Below the pieces are notes generated by a model. It was not told where the DNA came from. It saw only the letters and a program-made list of their open reading frames with translations, and did not search any database. From Paludibacter sp. (GTDB lineage: Bacteria > Bacteroidota > Bacteroidia > Bacteroidales > Paludibacteraceae): 64,000 bases of DNA. The translations under genes and the position numbers were made by a program. How positions within the stretch are numbered: the stretch's first letter is position 1; each line of letters begins with the position of its first letter. Of the stretch, positions 37,980 to 48,448 are shown in pieces. The stretch covers positions 6,868-70,867 of the forward strand of contig JAYFPP010000215.1 in assembly GCA_034927635.1 (NCBI GenBank), in the 5' to 3' direction.

Positions 37980-39848
37980 ATGAAAAAAATCTTTACTTTT
38001 TTAGCATTAGTCGCTGTCACAATGACAGTGAATGCTCAGTTTGTTGATTTCAACTTAGAAATCTGGAAAGGTATATTCGCGGCTGCGGATATCGATAATG
38101 ATGGTGACCTGGACGTAATTGTCAGCGGTGATGCTCCGGGTAACATTGAAAATGGTGCTATTCTGATTAACGACGGAGCAGGTAATTTTACGGCACAGTC
38201 GGGCAATCGGGTGATTACAGCTGGTCGTGGAGGTAATATCAAGTTTGGCGATATTGATGGGGATGGTGACCCCGATGCTATTTTTGCAGGTTGGGGACTT
38301 AGCAATCCTGTTAAAGCAGGTATAGCACTTAACGACGGACAGGGTAACTTTACACTTGCTCCTTCCGAAACTTATCCGGTATTGGCTGCCGCTAAAATTA
38401 CTTCCTGCGGTTTTGCTGATTTTGACCTCAACGGATTACTCGATTATTATTTCTTTGGAAATGATCCCGGTAATTGCGTGATTTATTTTCAGCAAACCAA
38501 TGGAAGCTTTACGCCTGTAGCAGATGCTATTAAGGCTACAGCTCGTTATACAACAACTACTACCACTGTGGGCGATCCGATTGCGTACAACTTTGTCGAA
38601 CCTGAAGTGTCGGTAATTGACTATAATAATGACGGTTATCCCGATATGTGGATTAACGCTGCCGATTTAAACGCAAAAAATGAAGAAGTGAATGGTACGC
38701 AGCAAACCCAGCGTTTTTCCTATCTGTTTAAAAACGATGGTTTCGGTGTTCTCACACAGTATTCGGGTGTAATTGTTCCGTTCAAAAAAGGGAACGGCGA
38801 CTCACAATGGGGAGATTTCAATGGTGATGGATATCTTGATATGTTACTGCATGGTGACGGTTACCTCAATTCCGGAGAGAATAACGATATGATGTACCGC
38901 GTCTTTAAAAATGAAAGCGGTACTTCCGCTCTAACTGCATGGGAGCAAAAAATTGCCCGTCAGGGAAGTATGCAGAACGGTTCGGTTGTAGTGGATTGGG
39001 ATAACGATGGAAAACTCGATATTTTCGGCGGTGGCTGGAGCGGAACTGCTCAGGTAACGGAATTATATACAGGCAATAGCCCGGCTGATTTTACTTTTAC
39101 TAAAAGTAGTCTGAGTTTTCAGGGAGCATCCGAACAGGGACTCCTTGTTGCCGACATCAATGGTGATAATAAAATTGATCTGCTCCTTAATGGTTACTGT
39201 GCTGCACCGGTTAACAAACGCGCATCCGGTTACATTCTGAATCAGTCGGCTGCGGCATCGGTTGCTCCGGGAGTACCTACGGGACTGAACGCAGTAATTG
39301 AAGACGGGGAGGAAGTTATGGCTACATTCACATGGAATGCTCCGGCAAGTGAAACCGGGAAAAACGGTACAACGTATAACCTTTCGCTTAAAAATACCAC
39401 CACAGGAAAATATCTTTACAATCCATTGTCGACTTCTAACGGCAAACGTAAAGTAGGTGGATGTATGGGAAATGTATTTACCAACAAGCATTTTGAACTA
39501 TACAACCTGCCCGGTGGTAATTATGAATGGACAGTACAGGCTGTTAATGGCTCATTTATTGGTGGTGCCTTTGCCGAAACTAAAACATTTACTGTTGTAG
39601 GTGGATCTTCAACCAATGAGCTGCCGAACAGAGGTTTGAATGTGTACAGTCAGGATAAAAAACTGGTTGTTAATATGTCGGGTAATACTGTTGCAGGAAA
39701 AATCAATGTATATGCGATTAGTGGAAATAAACTGGCTTCAGGAGTACTCACGGGTAAAGCTGAATTCGAACTGCCACAGGGAATCTATATAGTTGAAGTC
39801 CTAAGAGATGGACATAGGAAGTTTGTGACCAAAGTGGTTGTGCAATAA
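37980..39848 (+). CDS. FG-GAP/VCBS repeat protein with FN3-like domain and T9SS CTD
   Basis: Repeated DxDxDGxxD motifs (DIDNDGDLD, DIDGDGDPD, DFNGDGYLD, DWDNDGKLD); PGVPTGL...WNAP...YEWTVQAVN; CTD GIYIVEV...FVTKVVV. Confidence 0.88.
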   Translation: MKKIFTFLALVAVTMTVNAQFVDFNLEIWKGIFAAADIDNDGDLDVIVSGDAPGNIENGAILINDGAGNFTAQSGNRVITAGRGGNIKFGDIDGDGDPDAIFAGWGLSNPVKAGIALNDGQGNFTLAPSETYPVLAAAKITSCGFADFDLNGLLDYYFFGNDPGNCVIYFQQTNGSFTPVADAIKATARYTTTTTTVGDPIAYNFVEPEVSVIDYNNDGYPDMWINAADLNAKNEEVNGTQQTQRFSYLFKNDGFGVLTQYSGVIVPFKKGNGDSQWGDFNGDGYLDMLLHGDGYLNSGENNDMMYRVFKNESGTSALTAWEQKIARQGSMQNGSVVVDWDNDGKLDIFGGGWSGTAQVTELYTGNSPADFTFTKSSLSFQGASEQGLLVADINGDNKIDLLLNGYCAAPVNKRASGYILNQSAAASVAPGVPTGLNAVIEDGEEVMATFTWNAPASETGKNGTTYNLSLKNTTTGKYLYNPLSTSNGKRKVGGCMGNVFTNKHFELYNLPGGNYEWTVQAVNGSFIGGAFAETKTFTVVGGSSTNELPNRGLNVYSQDKKLVVNMSGNTVAGKINVYAISGNKLASGVLTGKAEFELPQGIYIVEVLRDGHRKFVTKVVVQ

Positions 39849-39891
39849 TTAATGAAGCGATTCGGGAAACCGATCTACGTACCTTATAATG

Positions 39892-39930
39892 AATCCGGCC
39901 GGAACGATGTTTCACGGCCGGATTTTTTTT
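39892..39930 (+). terminator. Intrinsic terminator
   Basis: AATCCGGCCG-N12-CGGCCGGATT followed by a T run. Confidence 0.85.
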
Positions 39931-40110
39931 ACGAAAAAATCCTGAATAATGCGGGTTTGTAGTAGAAAGTTCATTTTTTGCTCCTGACTTCCATCGATAA
40001 AACAATAATGCTTATTTTTAGCATATATTTGCGAATATATAAAATGATAATGATTTATTTTTGTGCATTCAGCACCTGATGATGTCAAAAATAAATACTA
40101 ATAAAGATTT

Positions 40111-42705
40111 ATGAAGAAAATTACGGCTCTACCTCTCATAATGGCCTGCGGGATACCGGCAGTATCTGCTGAAAAACCGAATATTATTATCATTTATATT
40201 GATGATATGGGATTTTCGGATCCATCCTGTTATGGCGGAAACTATGCTCCTACACCCAATATCGATAAGCTGGCCAATGAGGGCATCCGTTTTACACAGT
40301 ACTATTCGGCCTGCCCGATCAGTTCACCTTCCCGTGTAGGAATTACTACCGGAATGTATCCAACCCGATGGGGGATTACCACCTATCTTAATACCCGGGC
40401 GGCGCAGGTGCAAAACGAATCGAACGATTATCTTGACGACAAGGCACCGTCGATGGCCCGTACACTCAAAGCTAACGGATATGCCACCGGTCATTTTGGT
40501 AAATGGCATATGGGTGGCGGACGCGATGTGAATGATGCTCCCTCGATTCTTAATTATGGATTTGACGAATACGCTTCGACCTACGAAAGTCCGGACCCCG
40601 ATCCTAAACTGACTTCAACCAACTGGATATGGGCAAATACCGATGAAATAAAACGCTGGGACCGTACGGCATATTTTGTGGATAAAACGCTGGATTTTTT
40701 AACCCGTCATCCCGATCAGCCCTGTTTTGTGAACCTCTGGCCGGATGATGTGCATACTCCATGGGTATATGAAGACGATGGAGGAACCGGGCGGGAATCA
40801 CCGGAACATTTTTCAGTGGTACTCGCAGAGCTGGATGTGCAGATAGGTCGCCTGATGCAGGGACTGAAAAATCTGGGGATAGATAATAATACGCTGGTGA
40901 TTTTCTCCAGTGATAATGGCCCGGCACCGGCTTTCAGTGGAAATCGTACCGATGATTTGCGCGGACAGAAAGCTACTTTGTACGAAGGTGGTATCCGTAT
41001 GCCTTTTATTGTGCGCTGGCCGGGAACAATAGCGCCGGGACAACTTAATACCAGTGCTGTATTATGTTCGGTGGATTTACTGCCTTCGCTTTGCGCGATA
41101 AGCGGTACACAGGTGCCACAGGACTATCTTCTTGATGGTGAAGACATGAGCAGGGTATTGCTGGGAACCGGACTAACCAACCGGGCTAAACCACTGTTCT
41201 GGGAATTTGGCAAAAACAAGGACAACAGGGTTAGTCCGCATATTGCGGTGCGTGATGGCGACTGGAAACTGTTGGTCAATGCTGATGGTTCAGGTGTTGA
41301 GCTGTACGATATGAAAACAGATTTCTTAGAGAAAACAAATGTGGCAGCTTCCAATACCGAAGTGGTAAATCGACTCAAACCCATGGCGATAAACTGGTTC
41401 AAAGCCTCTTTTCGTGAATTTGCCAACAAAACGATCCGGGTGGCTGTTGACGGTGATGCAGGCAAAGACGGTTCTTCGTGGGAAAATGCAACAACTTTAG
41501 CTAGTGCCATAACTCAGTCAGCACAGATTTCGGGTACACAAATATGGCTGAAAGCGGGCACTTATCACGTGAGTAATACACTAAACTTCGATAATATCGC
41601 TGTCTATGGAGGATTTGCCGGAAATGAACAATTTCTTGTTCAAAGAAACTGGGCCCAAAATCCTACGGTGTTGGATGGCGGAAATGCCATTTCTCCCCTG
41701 AGAAACAGTAATCTGACTGCAATGGTGAGCAGCGTGCTGGATGGTGTTATTGTTCAAAATAGTTTGAATCAGGTGGGAGCAAATGGTAGTGAAAACGGAG
41801 GAGGCATGATACTGGCAAGTGGTGCTGTGTTGCGAAATAGTATTTTTCGCAATAACAGGACTCAGAACGGAAAGAATGGTGCCGCGCTCCACTGTCATCA
41901 GGGAAGTGTAACAATTGAAAACTGTCTTTTTGTAAACAACAGCTCCTCAGGCAATGGTGGTGCGGTGCAGGTAGGTGGTGGTGTCACGGCAAATATTATC
42001 AACTGTACTTTTGCCAACAATAAATCGGTTAAACCGGGTGGTGCCTTTGGTCTGGGAACCAGTGCTTCCAACCTTAATGTCATTAATTCCATCGCTTATA
42101 ACAATTTATATGGTGAAACAACCTATAACAGTTACGGTCAGAATGATGATTTGAATGGTGGAGGAACGGTTGTCTCAAAAAATTCGGCCATCGAAAGCGC
42201 CAGTACAAAATTTACCGATGGCAATGATGTGGCTCATATTTCATTGACCCGTGAAATTACCCCGGATTTTGTTTCGCCTGCATTGGTGATAGGGAGTTCA
42301 ACACTTGCATATGACATACAACAAATAGAAACAGCTTCCTACCAACTTGCCGGAGGTTCGCGCTGTGTTAATGCAGGTGACGGTAGCTATGCCAAAGGAC
42401 TCCTGCTGGATCTGGCAGCTAAAAGCCGGATGCAGGGAGATGAGATTGATATGGGTGCCTACGAATATCAGGTTGAAACTGATATTACGGGCCTGTGGAA
42501 AGGAAAAAAGAGGGAAGTGGTGTTCTCGGGTGGAAAAATACAGATTACGGGGGCAGACATCAACGATCGTCTGATGATCTACAACATTAATGGATTGCTG
42601 ATGTTCCAAAAGAAAATTATCAGGAACGGTGAATCATTCGAATGGAACAAGAAAGGCCTGTATGTCATAAAGATTGAAGATGAGATATTTAAAATTTTTA
42701 TCTGA
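40111..42705 (+). CDS. Ser-type S1 sulfatase fused to a beta-helix domain and T9SS CTD
   Basis: IYIDDMG, SSPSR (SxPxR), GKWHMG, SSDNG, KATLYEGGIRMP; C-terminal GGGM/GGAV/FxNN repeats, IDMGAYEY; CTD IYNING...GLYVIKI. Confidence 0.88.
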   Translation: MKKITALPLIMACGIPAVSAEKPNIIIIYIDDMGFSDPSCYGGNYAPTPNIDKLANEGIRFTQYYSACPISSPSRVGITTGMYPTRWGITTYLNTRAAQVQNESNDYLDDKAPSMARTLKANGYATGHFGKWHMGGGRDVNDAPSILNYGFDEYASTYESPDPDPKLTSTNWIWANTDEIKRWDRTAYFVDKTLDFLTRHPDQPCFVNLWPDDVHTPWVYEDDGGTGRESPEHFSVVLAELDVQIGRLMQGLKNLGIDNNTLVIFSSDNGPAPAFSGNRTDDLRGQKATLYEGGIRMPFIVRWPGTIAPGQLNTSAVLCSVDLLPSLCAISGTQVPQDYLLDGEDMSRVLLGTGLTNRAKPLFWEFGKNKDNRVSPHIAVRDGDWKLLVNADGSGVELYDMKTDFLEKTNVAASNTEVVNRLKPMAINWFKASFREFANKTIRVAVDGDAGKDGSSWENATTLASAITQSAQISGTQIWLKAGTYHVSNTLNFDNIAVYGGFAGNEQFLVQRNWAQNPTVLDGGNAISPLRNSNLTAMVSSVLDGVIVQNSLNQVGANGSENGGGMILASGAVLRNSIFRNNRTQNGKNGAALHCHQGSVTIENCLFVNNSSSGNGGAVQVGGGVTANIINCTFANNKSVKPGGAFGLGTSASNLNVINSIAYNNLYGETTYNSYGQNDDLNGGGTVVSKNSAIESASTKFTDGNDVAHISLTREITPDFVSPALVIGSSTLAYDIQQIETASYQLAGGSRCVNAGDGSYAKGLLLDLAAKSRMQGDEIDMGAYEYQVETDITGLWKGKKREVVFSGGKIQITGADINDRLMIYNINGLLMFQKKIIRNGESFEWNKKGLYVIKIEDEIFKIFI

Positions 42706-42746
42706 CCATAATTTTTCCGCAATAGAAAGTTTTTCCATAAAATTTT

Positions 42747-42754
42747 TATCTTTG
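42747..42754 (+). promoter_or_regulatory. -7 promoter element
   Basis: TATCTTTG 29 nt upstream of the acyl-CoA ligase start. Confidence 0.6.
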
Positions 42755-42783
42755 TCCTGTTATAACAATAAAAATAAAGACAG

Positions 42784-44583
42784 ATGGATACGCTACACTT
42801 TGCAGAATTAGTTCAGACTCAGGCGATAAAGTATGGAAACAAGACCGTAATTAATCACAGGAAAGATATTAAGGACGATTGGTTACAAATAAGCTGGAAG
42901 TCATTTGCCGAACAAATTATGGCGATCTCAAAGTCGCTCTATGAATTCGGCGTGAAAGAAGGCGACCGTGTCGGTCAGTTTTCGAACAATATGGCTGAAA
43001 ATCTGATTGTGGATTATGCCCTTTTTTCGAACCGGGCCGTGGTGGTTCCCATGTATGCCACTTCCACAACACCCCAGGTAGAATTTATTGTCAACGACTC
43101 TGAAATAGCTGTACTTTTTGTAGGTGATCAGGTTCAGTATGATATTGCGATGGAGGTAATGGAGCATTCCAGCTATCTGAAAAGCATTATTGTATTTGAC
43201 GGGGATGTAGTTATCAAAGGCGAAAATACCATCTATTTTGAAGAATTTCTCCGGCAGGGTTATGCCTCCAACCGCCATTTTGAAATACAGAACCGAATGC
43301 AGGATGCTTCTGAGTCGGATATGGCTTGTATCCTTTATACTTCGGGTACCACCGGTAATCCCAAAGGGGTAATGATGCCGCATTCGTGTCTGAATGAAGC
43401 TGTAAGAATACACACCGTTCGTATTCCGGAGATTACCGATCAACAGACTTCCATTGCATTTTTGCCGCTTTCGCATGTTTTTGAACGCATGTGGTGTTAT
43501 TTGTGTATTGCCCGGGGAGTGGAGATATTCATCAATCTTCGTCCCATCGAAATTACTGAAGCCATCAAACAGGTGCGACCCACGATGATGTGTGCCGTGC
43601 CTCGCTTCTGGGAAAAAGTGTATGCCGCTGTGCAGGATAATATCTCTAAAATGACTCCGTTCAAACAGGGAATTGTAAGCTGGGCACTTGCAACAGGCAA
43701 GAAATATAATATTGATTATCTCAGACTGGGAAAGGTACCTCCTCTGACATTAAAATTCATGTACTTCATTGCAGATAAATTGATTTATTCAAAGGTAAAA
43801 AAAACCATTGGTATTGATCAGGCGGTGCTGTTCCCGGTTGCCGGTGCCAGATTGTCCGACGAAATCAATATTTTTCTCCGAAGTATGGGGATACCTATTG
43901 TGTATGGATACGGACTGACAGAAACCACAGCCTCGGTAAGCTTCTTCGATCATACAGGTTATGAATTTGGTACTGTTGGAAAGATTATTCCCGATTTAGA
44001 AGTAAAAATCGGTCCTGATAATGAAATCATGGTGAAAGGTAAAACTGTTTTTCCGGGATATTATAAGAATCCGACTGCCAATGAAGCGGCATTTACCGAA
44101 GATGGATTCTTTAAAACCGGGGATGCCGGTTATATACGTGGTAACAGCATTATTCTTACCGACAGGATCAAGGATCTTTTCAAAACATCCTACGGAAAAT
44201 ATATTGCTCCCCAGGAAATTGAAACCCGTCTGGTGTTGGATAAATACATCGAACAGGTAGCGGTGATAGGGGATGAAAAGCCTTATGTAACTGCTATCAT
44301 AGCGCCATCATTGCCTGATCTCGAGAGTTACGCAGCCAAATTCAGGATTGAATATAAGGATGCCGATGATTTACTGGCGAATCCGAAGATTTATGAGTAT
44401 ATGCAACAACGGGTTCAACGCATGCAGGCAGGAATGGCCGGTTATGAACAGATAAAGAAAATTGCCCTTATTTCAAAACCGTTCAGCATTCAAACGGGCG
44501 AACTTACCAATACCCTGAAATTGAAAAGGACGGTGATTCTGCAAAGATACAAGGTGCTGATTGATGAAATGTATGCTTCGTAA
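42784..44583 (+). CDS. fadD: Long-chain fatty acid-CoA ligase (FadD15-like)
   Basis: LYTSGTTGNPKGVM, YGYGLTET, FKTGDAG, DRIKDLFKTSYGKYIAP, TNTLKLKR. Confidence 0.93.
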   Translation: MDTLHFAELVQTQAIKYGNKTVINHRKDIKDDWLQISWKSFAEQIMAISKSLYEFGVKEGDRVGQFSNNMAENLIVDYALFSNRAVVVPMYATSTTPQVEFIVNDSEIAVLFVGDQVQYDIAMEVMEHSSYLKSIIVFDGDVVIKGENTIYFEEFLRQGYASNRHFEIQNRMQDASESDMACILYTSGTTGNPKGVMMPHSCLNEAVRIHTVRIPEITDQQTSIAFLPLSHVFERMWCYLCIARGVEIFINLRPIEITEAIKQVRPTMMCAVPRFWEKVYAAVQDNISKMTPFKQGIVSWALATGKKYNIDYLRLGKVPPLTLKFMYFIADKLIYSKVKKTIGIDQAVLFPVAGARLSDEINIFLRSMGIPIVYGYGLTETTASVSFFDHTGYEFGTVGKIIPDLEVKIGPDNEIMVKGKTVFPGYYKNPTANEAAFTEDGFFKTGDAGYIRGNSIILTDRIKDLFKTSYGKYIAPQEIETRLVLDKYIEQVAVIGDEKPYVTAIIAPSLPDLESYAAKFRIEYKDADDLLANPKIYEYMQQRVQRMQAGMAGYEQIKKIALISKPFSIQTGELTNTLKLKRTVILQRYKVLIDEMYAS

Positions 44584-44617
44584 CATTGTTTGTAAGCCTG
44601 GCTTAACGAAACAAATT

Positions 44618-44651
44618 AAAAGAGAGACGTGACATGCCACGTCTCTCTTTT
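44618..44651. terminator. Bidirectional intrinsic terminator
   Basis: AAAAGAGAGACGTG-N6-CACGTCTCTCTTTT between convergent genes. Confidence 0.88.
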
Positions 44652-44668
44652 TTGATGCTCACGACGAA

Positions 44669-47600
44669 CTAATCAACAACTACCATCCGATTTGCTTTCG
44701 TATAAATTTCTTTATCGACAGTTTTTATCCTTGCCCGGTAGAAATAAACTCCTGCAATGACCTTTTGTCCGCTGTCGGTGGTTAAATCCCAGGATATTTT
44801 ATTCTGTTCCGGGGATGATAAAGTGCAGACCTTCCTCCCTGAAATATCAAATATATCAATTGAGCAACTCACAATATTATCATAATTGTTTATGACAAAA
44901 CAGGTTTGACCTTTTGCCGGATTCGGATAATTTGTTACTGCAATTTCCGAAGTAGATTTATCTTCATCAGGATTAATAACTCCGGCAGTGTTATCAGTTC
45001 CTCCCACGATAAATTCTTCAAAATAACCCATCGCTTCATAATTGTTTGAATCGTCCTGTGCATAATAACAGACTTTCCCTCTACCAAAATCTTCATCGAT
45101 TGCTTTTGGCAGCGTAAATGAACAGGTAAACTCTCCGTTAACAACAGTTGCGGTTCCTGAATATAAAACAGTCGGACGATCATTGTATACAAAAGCAGGT
45201 TCGTAATTGTAATTACTGTTTCTCAGAGTGGTGTCCGATTGAACTCTGCCGTACAAACTCAGTTGTATTGTTCCATTGAAATCAGCTACTTTGTTGGAAT
45301 TCTCATCCACAATGCTCCCCTCAAAGGTATTAGCCGAGTTTGCTTTCAGGGTATCGCTTCCAAAGCTGTTGTTATCATTTATTTTGTTTGTAATTATCCT
45401 GTAATTATCGGCGTAGTTGAGCCGGATGGCAGGGTCGCCCAGATAAATAAATGATAGTTTGTTAATTTCCGAATAGAGTTGGTTCTTAGCTTTTCTGATC
45501 GCATCGCCTACCCGCAAATGTTGTCCGTTTTCTTTTTTGAACAGGTACCGGATAAGATAATCATTGAGTCCGAAATTCTGGGAGGCATATGTAAGCCGTG
45601 CAGCCGACAATACCCCGATTCCACCACCGACAGGATTCAAAAGAACATTTTCGCCGGCCGAAATACTTTTTGAGTCAGATTTTACAAAATCAGAAGTGGC
45701 TCCAAACCAGAGGGGTAAATGCTCGTTTGTCAATCGGGTAATGTCGGTATTGGTAAGGATTTGTTCGTTGGCCCAAAACTGGCTGCTTCCATGTCCGGTA
45801 TAATTTAGCAACAGCAGTCCCTTCTCCAGAGCATTCAGCAAACTGTCCTTTACCGCCGGATATCTGCCCATTATTTCAAGACTGTCTTTTTTGAAAGCAT
45901 CAAGATAGATTTTTTTTGTGTAATAGGATTTGTGGTTGTTGTTGATATAGGACGCGAGGCTGTCAGCCATCTTCATATGAATATTATAATCGCCGTCGTC
46001 GCCGATAAAGCAAAGTTCTCTTTTCCATTTACCTTTGCCGGTATTGTTCATGTAGCTGATCGTCTTGTTTACCACATCGTTAGCTTGCTGAACAGTTGTG
46101 ACGGGGAACCTCCCGACGGCAATATCCATGGTGTGTGATGGCACTTGCAGCCCTTCTTTATCTTCCAGAAAGGTGAAATAATCATCGGTTGTGTAGGCAT
46201 ATGTTTCAATCAGGGAATTTTCGGCTTGATAGGTCAGTACCAGATTGTCACCCGAATCAGACAATATCTTTCTGTTGTCAAAACTGCCTCTTCCAAAAAG
46301 TAATAAATATTTCGGGAGATTGGCAGTGTTGCCTGAAGCGACGGCGCGATCGTAAAACATCTTCATAATCCGGCGATAAGCGGTGGCATCAGGATTTCCC
46401 GACGAAAACTCATTGTATACCTGTTCGGTTGTTGCAACCGTCACCGTCATATCATCCTTTTGCCGGTGTGCCTGCGCCAGTGTTTCGGCCTGCGTCAGGA
46501 AACCGGGATAAGTGATGATGACCATGTCGGCCTGTTCGATGGCGTGAATGTTTTGATTGGAGACAACTCCGACTATCTCGGGTTTGGCAAATGCCGATGC
46601 TGCTTTCGGATCAATCGCCAGATAATGTTTGACCTCATTCCCGGAATCTATAAAGCTTATTTTCCCATTAATGTTTTCAGTGGTAATGCCGATGATGTTT
46701 TGTTGATCGGTGATGTCCCAAATTTGCACCTGCTGATTGTCGGTACTCAATAGGTATTGATTGTAGGTATTCATTCCTAAATAGTCGATATTCTGAAATT
46801 GCATAACCGGTCCGCTCATGGTCAGTTGACGGCGGATATTGACTTCCAGAAAATTCAGATAGCCTTTGGAAGTTGGTGTAGGCATAGAATAAGTCATATT
46901 AAACTCGAACAAATCGTTTTGCGGTGTGAAAGTGAAGATGCCCGCGTTCCTTTTTGCTCTCTCGTAAGGGTCGTAAGAGTTTTGTGCAGCAACGTTCAAT
47001 GTTTGATGCTGATTGCCGTTTAAGTTGAGAATGAATGACGACTGGGAAGCGGAGGCGGATGTGGCTGCAACATCCAGATTCACTTTAATGGCGTTCTCAG
47101 CTAATACAGGATTTGGAAAATTAAAGATATATTTATGGGCGGTGCCACTGCTAAATGTCTCGCCATAAAATTCTTTGCCTGCATTCACTAAATTGATAAG
47201 ATCCCGTTCATGCACCTGATAATCGATAAATTGGGTGACAGGATTTATCGTCGGATTTGAAGGTAATGCTATTGTTCTCTCCTGAATTTTCTTTCCTGTA
47301 CCAGCATTCGATGTTACAAAATAATATCCGGCATTGGAATAAATGTTTGCAATGTGTACAAACATCGATTTGTTTGTGTTGTACGACCAACGGGTGCTGC
47401 CCTGTGCATAGAACAAAACATAATCACCGGCATTAAAAACACCATCATTTCCTTTTTCCATCCATATAGCGATTTCCGGTAAATCATCAATTGTTGGAAG
47501 TGAGAAATCCTGTTCGAGCATTGCTCCGCCATAGCCGAAAACACGAATATTTTCCGGGACTATTCCCATGGCAGTTAAATCTTCGAAAGTGAGTTTGTAG

Positions 47601-47788
47601 ACTCCGCTGTTTGAAACTTTAATTTTGTGAAATGTTCCCTGAGATAAAACGGAATTTGCCGTGTAGGAGTGAATTGCTCCTGAAATACTGCGATTCGGAC
47701 TTTCAGAATCATTTTTTGATTCCTGTGCGCTGATTAAGGACAAGGCCAAAAGCGCAAAACAAAAGGATAATGCTTTTTTAATGTTCAT
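44669..47788 (-). CDS. porU: PorU-like T9SS sortase homolog (peptidase C25) with Cys-to-Ser at the catalytic position
   Basis: HKIKVSNSGVYKL, GKEFYGE, YNEFSSGNPDATAYR, YLLLFG, IAVGRFPV, NYTGHG, FIYLGDPAIRL; GATSDF where ATCxF is expected. Confidence 0.85.
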   Translation of the reverse strand: MNIKKALSFCFALLALSLISAQESKNDSESPNRSISGAIHSYTANSVLSQGTFHKIKVSNSGVYKLTFEDLTAMGIVPENIRVFGYGGAMLEQDFSLPTIDDLPEIAIWMEKGNDGVFNAGDYVLFYAQGSTRWSYNTNKSMFVHIANIYSNAGYYFVTSNAGTGKKIQERTIALPSNPTINPVTQFIDYQVHERDLINLVNAGKEFYGETFSSGTAHKYIFNFPNPVLAENAIKVNLDVAATSASASQSSFILNLNGNQHQTLNVAAQNSYDPYERAKRNAGIFTFTPQNDLFEFNMTYSMPTPTSKGYLNFLEVNIRRQLTMSGPVMQFQNIDYLGMNTYNQYLLSTDNQQVQIWDITDQQNIIGITTENINGKISFIDSGNEVKHYLAIDPKAASAFAKPEIVGVVSNQNIHAIEQADMVIITYPGFLTQAETLAQAHRQKDDMTVTVATTEQVYNEFSSGNPDATAYRRIMKMFYDRAVASGNTANLPKYLLLFGRGSFDNRKILSDSGDNLVLTYQAENSLIETYAYTTDDYFTFLEDKEGLQVPSHTMDIAVGRFPVTTVQQANDVVNKTISYMNNTGKGKWKRELCFIGDDGDYNIHMKMADSLASYINNNHKSYYTKKIYLDAFKKDSLEIMGRYPAVKDSLLNALEKGLLLLNYTGHGSSQFWANEQILTNTDITRLTNEHLPLWFGATSDFVKSDSKSISAGENVLLNPVGGGIGVLSAARLTYASQNFGLNDYLIRYLFKKENGQHLRVGDAIRKAKNQLYSEINKLSFIYLGDPAIRLNYADNYRIITNKINDNNSFGSDTLKANSANTFEGSIVDENSNKVADFNGTIQLSLYGRVQSDTTLRNSNYNYEPAFVYNDRPTVLYSGTATVVNGEFTCSFTLPKAIDEDFGRGKVCYYAQDDSNNYEAMGYFEEFIVGGTDNTAGVINPDEDKSTSEIAVTNYPNPAKGQTCFVINNYDNIVSCSIDIFDISGRKVCTLSSPEQNKISWDLTTDSGQKVIAGVYFYRARIKTVDKEIYTKANRMVVVD

Positions 47789-48058
47789 GTCAGAATTAAA
47801 TAAATGTTAGAGATTATGTTGATTAAGAAAAATAATCAGTTGGGAATGAACTTTCTCGTGTATTTATTTATTCATAGACATGAAATAATTGATTTTTAGT
47901 GTGTGATAATTAATGGATGAAAGTCTGAAGTTTTTATGGCGTTCAGACCTTAAACGACATTTCAAAAAATATATTGTTAAGACATACTGCAATTCAGAAA
48001 ATCCTGTAATTGTCCCGATTTTTTTGTATTAACATTTCGCAGAGTAAAAAAAACTTAT

Positions 48059-48066
48059 TATATTTG
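48059..48066 (+). promoter_or_regulatory. -7 promoter element of the tRNA cluster
   Basis: TATATTTG followed by CA, upstream of the tRNA-like units and tRNAs. Confidence 0.65.
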
Positions 48067-48080
48067 CAGCCGCTTTGAAG

Positions 48081-48108
48081 ATAGCGAATAGCTAATAGCT
48101 AATAGCGA
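48081..48108. repeat. Heptamer tandem repeat ATAGC(G/T)A x4
   Basis: atagcga atagcta atagcta atagcga. Confidence 0.8.
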
Positions 48109-48113
48109 AGAAT

Positions 48114-48247
48114 GCGAAAATAGCTCAGTTGCCGGAAAACAGACACGAAGGTGCTCTGCCAACTGAGTTTAAGTCAGAAAAGATTATTCAATGCGAAAAT
48201 AGCTCAGTTGCCAAGAAATAGACACGAAAAGTGCTCTACCAACTGAG
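48114..48247 (+). repeat. Two mosaic tRNA-derived units (48114-48167 and 48193-48247)
   Basis: Each is tRNA-Gly nt 1-18 (GCGAAAATAGCTCAGTTG), then AGACACGAA as in tRNA-Leu, then GTGCTCT(G/A)CCAACTGAG, the reverse complement of the tRNA-Gly D-arm. Confidence 0.85.
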
Positions 48248-48272
48248 ATACGATTAGCGAATAATTAAAACT

Positions 48273-48345
<73 letters not shown>

Positions 48346-48365
48346 CTCTCTCAGGAGTCATTCCT

Positions 48366-48448
48366 GCCCGGATGGTGGAATGGTAGACACGAAGGACTTA
48401 AAATCCTTTGGCCTCACGGCTGTGCGGGTTCAAGTCCCGCTTCGGGTA
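48366..48448 (+). tRNA. tRNA-Leu (TAA)
   Basis: Acceptor GCCCGGA/TTCGGGT, anticodon arm AAGGA-CTTAAAA-TCCTT, long variable arm, GGTTCAAGTCC, discriminator A. Confidence 0.97.

Noticed and set aside
442-47544. Numerous short antisense or out-of-frame ORFs in the ORF track
   Set aside because: They lie within long, motif-supported genes and show no recognisable motifs.
48114-48247. Additional functional tRNA genes
   Set aside because: No anticodon stem, T-arm or 3' acceptor strand in either unit.
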